From the NCBI RefSeq assembly GCF_009914755.1, contig NC_060930.1: DNA of 64,000 nt, one strand, 5' to 3'. This DNA comes from the human T2T-CHM13v2.0 reference genome, Homo sapiens. This document shows, one piece after another, positions 13,113 through 31,250 of this stretch; within the stretch, counting starts at the first letter, position 1, and the number at the start of each line of letters is the position of its first letter. Position numbers and translations under genes: made by a program. Under the pieces are notes generated by a model, which searched no databases, had not been told where the DNA came from, and worked only from the letters and a program-made list of their open reading frames with translations.

Positions 13113-15334
13113 GTAAGAGACTCGGGCGCTTCCCGCCGCCCGTCCGGACCTTCCAGACCCGGGGAGGCTGTGCCCTTTCTCGGCCTTCTGGGGAGGCGAC
13201 TGCGGTCAGCCCCTGAGCGGCAGCACCCCACCCTCTCCATTCTCCCCACCGCCCCTTCTTGCCCTGCCTTCCACCTTGCTCTTCTCACGGAGAAACTGGT
13301 GGGAGAGCTCGCGGGTGCTTTCCCTCGCTCTCCCTTCTCCGCCTCTTTTCCTGTTCACCAGAAAGGTGCGGGATGGGGGGCGGGGGCGCCTGGCCACCTC
13401 TGCTAACCCCTTGCCCAGCTAAAATCAGACCTGACCTTCCTTCCCTTCCTCATCCCCTTGCTTCCCTCCCCCTCCTCGTGGGATGGGGGAGGGCGATCGA
13501 AAAACTTGATAAAGTAGCACTTTCAACTTCTTTATTTTCTGCGAGGCTTTGAATACGTTTAAGGAGAGAGATAAATTTGTTCAAAAACTTTTTTTTTTTC
13601 CTGCTGAAACTCGCAAGGGGTGCCTCAAGGACAGGAAAGCTTGAGTATTTGTTTTACTCGGGTTCTACCTAGGCAAGTGTGTTGGCACCTAAGCATTCAG
13701 TGTGCTCCCGAGGACTGGGTTTGGACTTCAGTGTTGGATCCTTTGAGGAGCAGTTTCCTGTTTGGAGTTAGACTTCCTTGCCGGAGGAGAGAAAAATACA
13801 AGGCCTTATATGTTATTTACTATGTGCTTTATAGTTTTGTTTGAAGTTAGAGAAGGCAGAATGTGTGGCAGTCCGGGTTGAAAAGGAGTTTTGTTAAGTG
13901 GTGTAACAATTTCTTTTGATAACAAAGTTCGGTGTGGGCTAGGCATTAAACTAACTCCCTCAATCCTTTAAAAATTAAAAGCAACTTAAGAATAGCTTAC
14001 AAAAAACAAAACACCCTGTGTCTCTATAAGGCAGAACGTGTTCTGTAAGAGTAAACCCAAGTTTGATTTTTGTAGAGCAAATCAGGAGGACCCTATCACT
14101 TTTTGCAGTTGAGAGTTGGTACTGCTTCATATCAACAAACGATCACCGAAATGAATAATTCATGTAATTAACAAATGATTTAGAAGCAGGACGAATACAG
14201 ACTACTGCTGATGTGGCACCCTCTGTCCACACTTTGCTTTGTGGGGGATGTTTTGAGCATATTGTTTATAGACACTCGCCTAGCTATCCTCTGTTTTCTT
14301 AGACTTTTCTAATTTTATGTTCCCTTCTCCACCTCCCTCCTTTCAGGTAACTTTCATACTCAAAAGTGCTCTTGAGCTCAAAAACAGTGAAATAAAACAT
14401 TTGCTATTTGGAATTTTCAAATGAATTATTTTATAATTGATTAGTTGAGCTTGCAGGGCAATTGTGGGCATATTCTTTTAAGTATGAAATTATAAAATCA
14501 CTTTAACTGCTTTGGATTAAGATAATACTAAAGTTAAATACACAGTTCTTTTCTGTCTTAAATGGGATGCAGAATAAAATTAAACTACTTTGGATGACCT
14601 GGGGATGCAGTCTTGTTTTGCATATAGGGCTTTTGAGCTAAATTCTAAATAATATTTGTTCGCATTTTGAAATTATTTAAATACTTTTTTTTTTTGCTTT
14701 GCTTTTGGATGTGCTTGTAACTGATTAGTGTCCCCCATCATCTTTCCTTTTCTAATTTTTTTTTAGAAGTGTGGAAATCATATTCAGGTTTGTGATTCTG
14801 CATAGGGGAAAAATCAGTAGGCCGTTACTTAGTGTGTGAGGTCGTCTCTGGAGAAAAGTAAATGTGTACCAATACTTGGACATTGGAATACCTATTTTGA
14901 TTGTCCAGAGGCTTTTTCTTTGTGATTTATTTGTTGTGTTCTGTTTAGGTGAGTTTTTATATAGACTTGGATATCAATGTTGGTATACTCTCGACTACTT
15001 AGAATGTGTTTTGAGGGTATGTTACTGAGGGCATTTGTGGTTAAGTTTTTGTAAAGTGTTTGTGAAACATTTCCATATCAATATATATATTCTTTAAGTT
15101 TATTGGTCATGTAATAATAAAATTCCCAAGTTCACTTAAAGGGAGTTTGCTCTTTAATATAAATCTCATTTATTTGGTTTTACCAGCCATCCTTTTTTCT
15201 TATGATTTTAGATGCAGCCTAAAATATTTACATGATATTTTATCTAATTTGTCACAAAATGAAAAAATCTGAAATTTTTTTTGTGTGTAAGATAATTTGG
15301 ATGCCTATTAAATGGTGGTTCTTAAGTTTAGGTG

Positions 15335-15535
15335 GTACAGCTAGAGAGTTAAAAGCATGGGCTCTGGACAGAGACTACTTGAGGTCAAATTCTCTTCTAC
15401 CTACTGGCTGTGTGACTGAGCACATTACTTCTCTGTGCTTCAGTTTCTCAATCTATAAATGGAATAAAATATCAACCTCATAGGTTGTTAGGAGGATTGA
15501 ATGAGTTACTACTTGTAAAGTGCTTAGAACACTGC
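15335..15535 (+). mobile_element. MIR
   Basis: ggctgtgtgactgagcacattacttctctgtgcttcagtttctc...tgtaaagtgcttagaaca. Confidence 0.75.
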
Positions 15536-16179
15536 CAGTGCTGGCGGTGGTGATTTTCATTTTCAAATGATTTCCCTAATTCTTGTACCAACTTGGGAAA
15601 AAAAAAATCTCAATTTTTGACCTTTGTTAGAAGTAGGATATTTTCTTTAAATAAAGGACCAGAGGGATGAGATGATTTTGCACTAAGGCAGAAATTGAAT
15701 TTTATGTGATATAACCTTACAGAAACCACATAGATACTTTTTTCAATGTTGGATGTACTGTGCGAAAGTCCATTATTGGTAAGAGCTTTAGTTGCTTAGG
15801 AAAAACTCTTAAGTGGGATGACTACTAGTAGACTTATTTGAAGTTTATGTTTTTAGTGTCTACATTTGTTAAATGTGATAAAATGCCTATTGAGAAGTTT
15901 GAGGTATTCTGTGTGAAAGAATTTGGGAAGAGCTCTAGGGAGACAGATAGGCAGTGCTTATTTTTCTTATTCCAAAAATACAGATCGGCATTTTGGAGCA
16001 GAATTAGGCAGAAAGCAAATGGCACAAAGTGTCAGAGCATTTCTAGAGCACAAAAAAGGAATATTTGTGAATTTTTATTTTTGGAAGAGTAAGCAGACTT
16101 CTAAGGGCAGAATTTCTCTTTAATAATTTTAGATAAGGCGGTGAACTTTTTAGTTTATTTTATAGGCTCTCGTATATAA

Positions 16180-16509
<330 letters not shown>

Positions 16510-16624
16510 TCGTGGTGGTTTTAATAGACAAATTTGTGGTTGGTTTAGATGATATATGCACTTCTATAATAGAGTGATTTCTTTATGTTACTTTGTTGTA
16601 CTGTTTGGAGAAAATATTTTAAAA

Positions 16625-16922
16625 ATTTTTATTTATATGTTATTTATTTACTTATTTTTAGAGACAAGGTCTTGCTCTGTTACCCAGGTTGGAGTTCAGT
16701 GGCATGATCGTAGCTCACTGCAGCCTCAAACTCTTGCCTCTGCTTCCCAAGTAGCCAGGGCTACAGGTGCACACTACCACCTCTGGCCTAGTTTAAAATT
16801 TTTTTGTAGATACAGGCTCTCCCTGTCTTGCCCAGGCTAGTCTCAAACTCTTGGCCTCAAGCAGTTCACCTGCTTTGGCCTCCCAAAGTGCTGGGATTAC
16901 AGCTGCACCACTGTACCTGGCC
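16625..16922 (-). mobile_element. AluJ
   Basis: Diverged antisense Alu. Confidence 0.85.
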
Positions 16923-17200
16923 TGGATAAAATCTTGATTCATACAGATAAGTAGTTGCAAATGGAAATTGCATGCTAATGGTTCACCTTTCTGTATCAGG
17001 ATTTACTTCAATTAAACTACAGAGCATGAAAAAACAATATTAGGAAATTTTTGTTTCAAAGTTGAATCACTGGCAAAAGTAATAATTCTTTTCCTTATTT
17101 AAGTACTCATCAGATATTTTTTGAGGTTTCAAAATTTGAGTAGTTTAAATTTTGTAAAATCACATTAAGGCTGAAAATTCACATTTATAATATTTTATAG

Positions 17201-17540
<340 letters not shown>

Positions 17541-19725
17541 GTGTATCTTTCTAATTGAGGGATTTGCAAACTAAAATGACATCATATTAACTAAAATCTA
17601 ATTTTTAAGACATTTAAAATAAATAGAAAACTCAAAGTGCTTCATTTTTATTTATTCATAATTCAGATCTGTCAGAGAATCCTGTCAGAGAATATCTTCC
17701 CCTGTTATTAAATATATTTTGAACAATAAAAATGCTTACTTTAATGTATATAAAAAATTGTAATTGTGTCAAGGGCTTGCAGATAGGTAGAGAAAGAAGT
17801 ATAATGATTATTCATTTGGGTGAGAATTGGGTGGAGCTGCAGACCTGTTTCTTAGGTAAACTGATGAAGCAAGTTGTGAAAGATCTGAAAGTTTTCAGAT
17901 TTTATGTTCAGAAAAGAAAGAGCAAATAAAAACTAGTAAGATGTGATTGAAATTTAGGTAAATTGGGTAATTATTATGATGGAGCTGTTACTGCTTAGTT
18001 GTAGCATTTGATATCTGACTGCTATTCAGATTTAACACAAGCAGGATTTGGGGACCAAATTATCTCAGCAGTCAGGCAGTCAGTCTTTCTAGATGGGGGA
18101 GGCGACAGAACAGTAGTTTAAGAAATCTGGATGGAGGTCTATATGTGCCTACAGTCAGCTTGTCAGCATCAGGGATATGTTTGGCAAAGTGCAGCGTGTA
18201 CATGTATGTGGAACAGGCCTTTGGGAGTGGTATGGTGGCTGGTAGCAGGCACTAGGTAGAGATTCAGACTGGCATCTTGGGGGAAAAGGGAGGAAATGGG
18301 GTCTGGCAGTAGGCCTTGAAAACCTAGCCACAGGGAAACAAAATGAGACAGGGTCCAGATTTCTTATTGGAGAAATACAAGGTGGGTATTTGCAGGAACA
18401 AAAGTGAGCTTAGTTATTGGAATTACTTAGGATGAACCAAGAGGTAATAACAAGACACTGAGCCCCTAAGCTTATGTATTTTCTGTCCTGGGACTACATT
18501 AGTAGTCTACATTAGTAGCTGAATCTGTAAGTGTGGTATGAGTAGTCCAGAATTACTGGGGTGAATGGGATCTTCTCTCTAAGTGCTGCAGGATATTCCC
18601 TGGGTATAGATTGCCACCCCTTCTGTTTATTTGGTCCCAGGGATTTGATGTGCCTGTTTTTTTTTTTTTTTTTTGCTCCTGTCTCTTTTTCACCTAGGTT
18701 CCTTTTCCTTTCATACCCAATGTGAAGCAGATTACAAAACCTCAGCATATCCTTCTGTTTCAGAAACAAGTACACAATCCTTCAGGGTGTTAAGCAGTTA
18801 TAACTGCAAATATAATAAATGACCAAGTAAGGCAGAAGAAACTTGAAAGTATTAGTAATTATCAGTCTCTTGGTTTCACTGAAGTGGTGGTTGGCTAGTT
18901 ATTAGAAAGACCTTTTTTGTTGTTGCTTTTTAAATTTTTTTTTGGTAATGTGTACCTGTCTTTGGCAATACTCCCTCATACTCCTCCCAGCTTTTGTTTA
19001 TTTTGGCTTACGTTAGGTAGATCTTTAGACAGTAGCTCACAGTAGAGACATTTATTATGTCTCTTAAACAGATAAAATTTTATTGGGACTTCACTAACCT
19101 GAGACCATGCTGTACTCATTTTTGAATCATAACCTTGGTTTTAACCACAAATGAAGTAGGCATTTTCCTTCTGGGCTCCTAAATGTTTTCTTTGGACTAA
19201 ACTTGATATTACCTCTTTTTTTTTTTTTGTTATGTTTTGGTTTTTGTTTCTGAAGGTCTCAGCTTCCTAGATGTTCTACACTCTTCCTGACCATTTTCAC
19301 TGAACCCTATTTGATTTACTGAAAGCATATTTACTAATTGTTTGCACTTAAAGGTGCTTTTTTCCTAGAATAAACAATGCTTTTAAAACAATTCACTATT
19401 CTAAATTGATACTGGCTTAAGATGTTGTTCCAGTGTCAGGTATTGTTATCGATTTTTTCTTTCCTAGAACCTGTCCTTTCCAGTGGCTCCAGTAGACTTG
19501 TATTTTATAATCTTTCAAATATTATGTAGCTTGTTAAACTTCCCATCATGATCTTGTTCAGTTTCTCAACTCATTTGCAAAAGAGATGACTAGCATGGGA
19601 GCCTGGATTCCAGTATCTGTTTTAGTGCCTTATTAGTGCCTCTTAGCTTAGGTTCTTTTTGATGATTCAGCGTCCAGATAATTCCAAGGGAGTGACTGTA
19701 ATCATTAGGGGTTTCTAGTAGAATG

Positions 19726-20877
19726 CAATCATGAGCCCCTTAGGAATGTTTTGGTCAATAATAAACCACACATAGGGTGGTGGTCCCCTAAGATTATAAT
19801 GAAGCTAGAAAATTCCTCTTCCCTAGTGAGTTGTAGCCATCCCACACTATAGTAGTGCAACGCGTTACTCACTGTGTTTGTGATGATGCTGGTGTCAACA
19901 AACCCGCACTACCAGTTGTATAAAAGTATAGCATGTACATACATTTATATGTAGTACATATATTGATAATAAATGGCTGTGTTACTGGCTTATGTATTTA
20001 CTATGTTTTTTAATTGTTATTTTACAGAGTACATCTTCTACTTATTAAAAGAAGTTAACTGTAAAACATCCTCAGGCAGGTCCTTCAGGGGGTATTCCAG
20101 AAAAAGGCATTGTTATCGTAGGTGATGACAGCCCTATGCACGTTTTTCACCAGTGGGATGAAATATGGAGATGGAAGACAGTGATATTGATGATCCTGAT
20201 CTTTGCAGGCCTGGGCTAATGTGTGTTTGTGTCTTATAAGAAAAAGGATTAAAAAAGAAAGAATTTTTAAATGGAAAAAAGCTTATAGAATATGAATATA
20301 AGGAAAGAAAATATTTTTGTACAACTATACAATGTGTTGGTGTTGTAAACTAAATGTTATTACAAAAAAGTTAAAAAATTTATAAAGTAAAAAGTTATAG
20401 TAAGCTAAGGTTAATTTTGAAAGAAAATTAGAAAGAAATAAAAAAATGTAGTTAGCTTTAGTGTATGGTGTTTATAAAATCTATAGTAGTGTATACTAAT
20501 GTCCTAGGCCTTCACATTTGCTCACCACTCACTGACTCACCCAGTGCCATTTCCAGTCCTGTAATCTCTATTCATGGTAGGTACACCCTATGTAGGTGTA
20601 CCATTTTTATTACTTATACTGTATTTTTACTATACCTTTTTTATGTTTAAATATACAGATACTTAACCATTGTGTTACAGTTGCCTACAGTATTGAGTAC
20701 AATAGCATGCTGTACAGTTTTGTAGCCTAGGAGCAATAGGCTATACCCTATAGCTTAGGCATGTAGTGGGCTGTACCATCTAGGTTTAAGTACACTCTAT
20801 GATGTTCACACATGGACCAAATTGCCTAATGACACATTTCCTAAGATGCATCCCCATTGTTAAGTGATGCATAACTG
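19726..20877. mobile_element. Tigger3b (Golem) non-autonomous DNA transposon
   Basis: Degenerate terminal inverted repeats caatcatgagcc... / ...gatgcataactg; internal ggtggtcccctaagattataat and gtacactctatgatgttcaca; length ~1.15 kb. Confidence 0.82.
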
Positions 20878-22267
20878 CACTTTTAAGTGTGGTGATAGTT
20901 ACAGTTAACACCAATATTAAGAAAAAGGGCCTGTCACAAGGTCACATCATCAAGCAAAGAAGCTGCTGGTGAGAGTTTAATCAATCAGTATTTTCCTTAA
21001 TGTGAGGAATGTGATTAATGTCATGTTAAATGCTTGGGGGTTTAGGATAAATAAAAGTTTTGGTGCCTTGAGTAGTTTACAAGTGTTAAGGATTGGGCAT
21101 ATTATTAGAATCACATTTTTGTTTTAAACTTCTCACAACCCCTGGGTTCTGACATAAATGCTTCTGCCTCTCCCTCCCTCCAGTTTTTGATGAATGTCAT
21201 GAATGTGTTGGGATGGCTTATGTGATAGGAATAAGACAACATAATAACAATGAAAGTTAGTATGTGAATCCATTAGAAAAATAAACGAGAGAGAGAGTAT
21301 AGGGTCAATGTCAGAAATGTTAAAATGTAGTAGGAGAAGCATATGGAATATTAGAATATAGATTCCTGCACTGAAGGAAATGGGATTTATTCATCTCTCA
21401 TTAGTTTGACCAGTGATGATATACTGAGTACTGGCAGTAGTTAAGGTATTTTTACCTCCACTTCTGGCAAAGAGTCTTTAGAATGAAGTAAGCCTTCTCT
21501 TGAGCTGATCCTTTCAGATGTGTACTTTTACCTGAAATATTAAAACTGTCTTATCCTTCTTACTGTCCTATCAGTGTTCCAATAATGAAGAGTCTGGAAA
21601 TTTACCTAACATCTAGACTGACTTTAAAAATGTCATTCCTGGAGCATTTATCACGATTATTGTAATAATAAAGGGCCACAGTGTTTTGGATTGTAAATGT
21701 AGAAGCTCATATACTGTATTTGTAAAATTGAGACTACATAGTCTTGGTTAGAGTGTTTTTGGGGGACATTTAAAGTTGGTCTTTTAAATGTATATACTAT
21801 TCTCTAGGGATTTTCTCATTCTTTGTGTTAGAAACAACTTTTGGTTTATTTAGAAGTACGTTCTCCTGAGATCCAAGTTTTGCATTTAACTTTAATTAAA
21901 AATTCCTGTTGTGCTGTAGCAGGTTGCAGTCTGATGAGTATTTTGCCTGACTGTTTTGGTGTATGTGTGGGCATTTGTGCACAGCCATTTAAGAGGAAGA
22001 ATTCATTTTTACTTACCTACTAATTTGGCCATTCTTAACAAACATATTTTAGGAAGCAGATCAAAACAATTTTTTTAATGATGAAAATAAATTTGTTAAA
22101 TTTTCAGAATGCGTGTCAAATGGAAATAAAAGGCTGTGTTTCAAATCTCAAGTTAGCCCTTTTTTCTCACAAAATTATTCTAAATTCCTATATGGATTAT
22201 ATATTACAAAATGCAGTTGAACTTATGCTTACAACTTCATAGTTTAAAACTTAAATAAAAACTTCTT

Positions 22268-22598
<331 letters not shown>

Positions 22599-23227
22599 TT
22601 AGTGTGTAAATGACCTTACTTGATCTGAGCTCATTGATGCTGGAGACCATATCACTTATTTTATTGTATTTACAAAATTTAACACTTGTATTGACTAGCA
22701 GAAAATTAGGAGCCTGCTATGTATCCACTAAGTCTGATTCAGTAATACTTTAATTTGGAGTAATTGGGTAGAGAGGGCCAACCTAACAATACAAAATTTA
22801 AATATATTGAAATATATCCACCTAAAACAGACTAATAGGATGTTGCCTAATGAAATTACTGTTTCAAGATAATGGATGAGATCCTTTTTTTTTTTTTTTT
22901 TTTAAGAAATAAACTCTTTAATTCTTTCTGTGTGGTTCATTGAAGCTCTTAAGTCCCTTTAATAGAGAATCAATAATCAGTGATGTTAAGCATCTTGTCA
23001 GGTGAATCTGCTGATTACCTACTCCGTGTGTATAAATAAAGGGAAAGTTTGGCAGAGAGAGACATTTCTGTATGAGTCTCCAATTTAACATGTTAAACAC
23101 ATTTAGGCATAAAGGCTTAATTTTTAGCTTAAAGAGTTTGTTCAAAATAACTTAATGTTTGAACTGTAAAATTATAAAATCTTTAAGATAGGTGTTGTGA
23201 AGCAAGTATACATATACTTTGAGACAT

Positions 23228-23490
23228 ACTGAGTTGTTACATATGTGTAATTTTAAATTTTCTAGTAGCTACATTTAAAAAGGAACATGTGAAATTAATT
23301 TTAATAATATTTTGAATGTATGTTGGTTTAAAGAAAGTACATTATTTCATAATGTATTCAGTATAAAAAGTTATTAATGAGATAGCTTACATTTTTTCTT
23401 ATATATGAAAGAAATCTTGACATCTGATGTATATTTTACATTTATATAACATTTCAGTTTGGACTAGCCACATTTCAAGTGCTCAATATT
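23228..23490. mobile_element. MER33-like hAT-Charlie fragment
   Basis: aattttaaattttctagtagctacatt...ggactagccacatttcaagtgctcaata. Confidence 0.7.
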
Positions 23491-23509
23491 TTTTGATTAT
23501 AAGAATTTA

Positions 23510-23758
<249 letters not shown>

Positions 23759-23917
23759 TTAATAATTTAGGTTTTTGTTTTTTGTACGTGTTTATTTTGG
23801 GTGGATGCTTAGAACCATGGAGAAACTCAAGTGATTACTTCTGAATTTTTAATGATTCTTACTGCTGCTGTTCTTACAAGTTCTTGTAGTTGTCTATATA
23901 ACTTAATTATGTTTTAA

Positions 23918-24370
<453 letters not shown>

Positions 24371-24818
24371 TGAGGGAAGTTCTTACATAGCAACTTCCCA
24401 TTTTTTGGTAATTTTAAAATTCATTTTCAGTTGATACTTAGTTACTAGCATTTAGGGAATTCTTACTATGCTAGGCTGAATGTACGGAGCATTCGGTTCC
24501 CCACAAGAATATGAGGTAAAACATTAGTCTTCCCATTCTTCAGGTTCAGGAAATGAAGTTAGAGGGATTGTTACTTCTCCAAGTCAGAGGTAAGATGTGG
24601 AGGAGACAGAATCAAACTTTCATTGTTCTCATTTTAAAACTCGTCCTCTTAATTATATCTTAAAACATTTTGAGAAGGAAGATTGTTGAGTTAAACAGAG
24701 CAAGTAATATGACCTTCAGACTCTCCTAGTGTGGTTTAAAAAATAAAGAAATTTAAATATTTATCTTCTAAAAACTGTGGATTGGTATTCGTTTGAGTAA
24801 CTATTTTCTCTAAAGAGA

Positions 24819-25125
24819 CTTTTTTTTTTTTTAAAGGAACAGGGTCTTGCTCTGTCGCCTAGGCTGGAGTATAGTGGTACTATCATAGTTCACTGCAACC
24901 TTGACCTCCTGGGGTCAAGTAATCCTTCCACCTTAGTCTCCTGAGTAGCTGGGACTAAGGCATGTGCCATCGCACCTGGCTAATTTAAAAAAATAAACAA
25001 AAACTGTAGACATAGGGTCTTGCCATATTGCCCAGGCTGGTCTTAAACTCTTGGGCTTCAAGCAGTCCTCTTACCTGGGCCTCCCAAAGTGCTGGGTTTA
25101 CAGGCATGAGCCACTATGCCTGGCC
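24819..25125 (-). mobile_element. AluJ
   Basis: Antisense dimer, TSD aagagactttt. Confidence 0.87.
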
Positions 25126-26098
25126 TCTTAAGAGACTTTTAACAAATTTTAACTGTTACACATTGGTCTTTTACTTACATACCCAAAAGTTTTCCTAGAG
25201 TTGTTTTTTGGTGAGTTCTATAAAACTTTATGATGGCTATTCATATGGTATTTTTTTTGATCTGCTTGAAACATGCTTAAAAATAATTTCTAGTGTTTTC
25301 TTGAAGTTAATAGTGGGAAGATGAAGAATGATAATATTTAATTGAATTTTCCAACTTGTTTGCTCTTTAGATTTTTGTATGTTTTTTGTTTTTAAGATTT
25401 ATTATTTTAGGACAAGTGATTAATCACATGTACGTGGTAATTTCTTTGTTTTTAGAACTGTCTCAGGTAATCAGTCTTTGAGATAAAAATCTTTTTTGTT
25501 TTTTAAACTTTGATTAAGTTTTTTTGGTGGATATCTGTCACTTATTCTAATTTAGTAACATTAGGAAGAATATAATACTGTGTAAAAATTTCCTTATATC
25601 AAATTTCCTTCTCTTTTTCTCTTTGGATATGTGCTAAGAGTGTATTGTACTATGCAAACCTTTGTATGCTATTTGAAGTACAAAGAGGAAGGGTGGGTTT
25701 TGTGTGCAGTTTGTTCACTATCTTAAGAATGACTAGATTTACTTATCTCTGTTGAAAAACATGTAAGAAATGCTGCTTATCATTCCATATTTAACAAGCT
25801 TGAGAAAATAAATGACGGAATTTCTAATATATAATTAAAAGGACTTTAGGATGATATTGTGCTTTTTATTAGTAGTATTTTGACTAATGGATCTGGTACC
25901 TAACTTTAGAGGACTTAAATAATGAAATGTTATTAGTTAATGACATTAAGCAATGCTAATCAGTTTTGCGTTTCTCTATTTATGGTAAAGAATAAATATT
26001 TCGTTCTGGGAATAATTTATGGTAAAGCCTTTTTGTTTGTGGTAAGAAATACTTAGCCCTGGGAATAAAAAGTAAATACATATATTTCTTTCTTCCTG

Positions 26099-26101
<3 letters not shown>

Positions 26102-26142
<41 letters not shown>
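26102..26142 (+). repeat. (TG)20 microsatellite
   Basis: Perfect dinucleotide run. Confidence 0.97.
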
Positions 26143-26153
<11 letters not shown>

Positions 26154-27004
26154 AATCAGGAAATAAGTGGAACCATTAAAGTATTTTCATCATATTCCTA
26201 CTACTTTGAGAGTAAAGCTTGTAATTTTTTATCTTATACTGAAATATATTTTTGTTAATTTTTGTGTAATTTTTAATATTTTGTCATCTGCTATAATAAA
26301 GGTTAACACTCAATAGTATACTGTGATCAGTGATATAATATAGAGAAGGTTAATTTGACAGACTCAGTTAGATGCCATTGTGATATTTATCTGTATTGTG
26401 TTGACCAGAATTAAAAGTAAACATTCTGTAGTCAATGCCCATACAACTTATGCCTATTTGGAATTTGTGTAAATTGTTTATTTTTTTGAAGTGATTTTTT
26501 ATTGTCAAAATAATGCATATTTATTAAAGCAGACTAGTAGAAAATCTTTTATAATATTGCCACCAATATTTTTGCATGTAATAATTTAAAAAAATTATGG
26601 ATTTTAAGATTTTTAAGCTTGATCTTCAGATATCCTTTTTGTTTAAATACTGATTTTTTTTAAAAAAGTTATTAACAACTAGTAAACCCATTAAAAGAAT
26701 ACCTCACCAGCACCCCCAAACAGAACCAAGTTAAGCAAAACTTTTTTCTTTTTAGGTAAGGATTAAGTTCTTAGAGTTTGCTGTACTTCATTTTAAGTAA
26801 TGTACTTTACTTTCTTTTACCTGTTTTCAGTCGAGATTTCCTTTTTTTGGTTCTTATAAATGCTTTTAATTCATTGTGTTGTTTGTTGCAAGTATTTACT
26901 GTCTGTTTCCAGTTTAGTTACTTTGAAACTTTGACCGTTTTACTTTAAGTTTAGAAATTTCTCCTCTCTACACAGTTTTGTTACTAATTTCTATCATAAT
27001 CCCT

Positions 27005-27150
27005 TCAAGCTGCTATGACAAAATACCTTAGACTAGGTAATTTATGAACAACAGAAATTTATTGCTCACAGGCTGGAAAGTCCAGCATCTAGGCACTGGC
27101 AAATTTGGTGTCTAGTGAGGAAAGTTCAAAGATGGTGCCTTTTTGGTACA
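27005..27150 (-). mobile_element. MaLR LTR fragment (MLT1A/MSTD-like)
   Basis: gctgctatgacaaaataccttagactaggtaatttat...aatttattgctcaca...aagtccagcatc. Confidence 0.7.
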
Positions 27151-27155
27151 TGGAA

Positions 27156-27467
27156 GGCTGGGTTTGGTGGCTCACACCTGTAATCTTTTTTTTTTTTTTT
27201 TTTTTTTTTGAGACAGGGTCTTGCTCTGTTTCCCAGGCTGGAGTGCAAATGTGTGATTGTAGCTCACTGCAACCTCAAACTCCTGGGTTCAAGTGATCCT
27301 CCCCCGTTAGGCTCCCAAGTAGCTAGGACTATAGGTGCTGCCCCACACACCTGTTGTTATTTTTTGTAGAGATAGCATCTTGCTATGTTGCCCAGGCTGG
27401 CCTTGAACTCCTGGCCTCAGGTTATCCTCCCGCCTGGGATTACAGGTGTGAGCTACTGTGCCTGGCC
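27156..27467 (-). mobile_element. Antisense AluJ (27186-27467) abutting a 30-nt sense Alu head (27156-27185)
   Basis: ggctgggtttggtggctcacacctgtaatc immediately followed by poly-T and an antisense Alu. Confidence 0.85.
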
Positions 27468-27469
27468 TC

Positions 27470-30620
<3,151 letters not shown>

Positions 30621-30899
30621 AGTATTTTAAAAATTTGTTTGTTCTTTCTCCCCACAATTTTTGGCGTTTTTATGCTTTTTCTGTTATTTTAGTGATCACT
30701 ACATGTATTCTCAACTTATAAAAACCTGATGTTAATAACTTTACTCTCTTATACCATACAAGGATCTTGGAACAATTTTAACTCCCAACTTTGTTACTGG
30801 TTCTGTTATTTTAATTTTTCTGTATTTTTAATTTCCTATATGATGTTACTGTTTTTATTCATTTGGTGTTTTTATACCTGTATACTTACCACTTCTTTT

Positions 30900-31250
30900 G
30901 TTTTTCCTTTCTTTTCTACATTGCTGATACTTCATATTTAATCTTTTTCCTTTCCTTTGCTGTTCTCAGAGAACATCCATCAGAGTTTTCTTTTTGTGTA
31001 GCAAAGTCCCACTTCTGGCTTGTCAGAAGTGTCCTTATTTTTTCTTCTTTTTTAAAGGATATTTTCTCGGGTGTAGAGAGTTTAAGATTTGTAGGTATTT
31101 TCTTTCCACACATTTAAGATACTAATCTGCTGCCTTCTGGCTCCCATCGTTGTTGCTAAGTCACCCATTAGTCTGAATGTTGCTTCTTTGATAACCTTTG
31201 TTTTACGATTTTCTTTCCTCTTTGTCTTTCACTTTTTGCAGTTTAATATT
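30900..31250 (-). mobile_element. Old L1ME ORF1 fragment
   Basis: ORF 30916-31113 (-) KLSTPEKISFKKEEKIRT resembles the ORF1 C-terminal region. Confidence 0.5.

Larger units (their letters stand above)
12240..13500. promoter_or_regulatory. CpG island, TATA-less promoter of CD2AP
   Basis: Abrupt rise in GC and CpG density relative to the AT-rich, CpG-depleted flanks; spans exon 1. Confidence 0.93.

Noticed and set aside
12069-13552. Overlapping 60-154 aa ORFs around the promoter
   Set aside because: Arg/Gly/Pro-rich products are expected from CpG-island composition; most start at GTG/TTG and show no domain similarity.
17669-18518. 13-bp tandem micro-duplications (ctgtcagagaat twice; tacattagtag twice), with similar ones near 10690 and 53930
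   Set aside because: Ordinary slippage products at background frequency.
25456-25466. Possible 11-nt microexon (tttag|aactgtctcag|gtaatc)
   Set aside because: Weak donor, frame-disrupting length, no further support.
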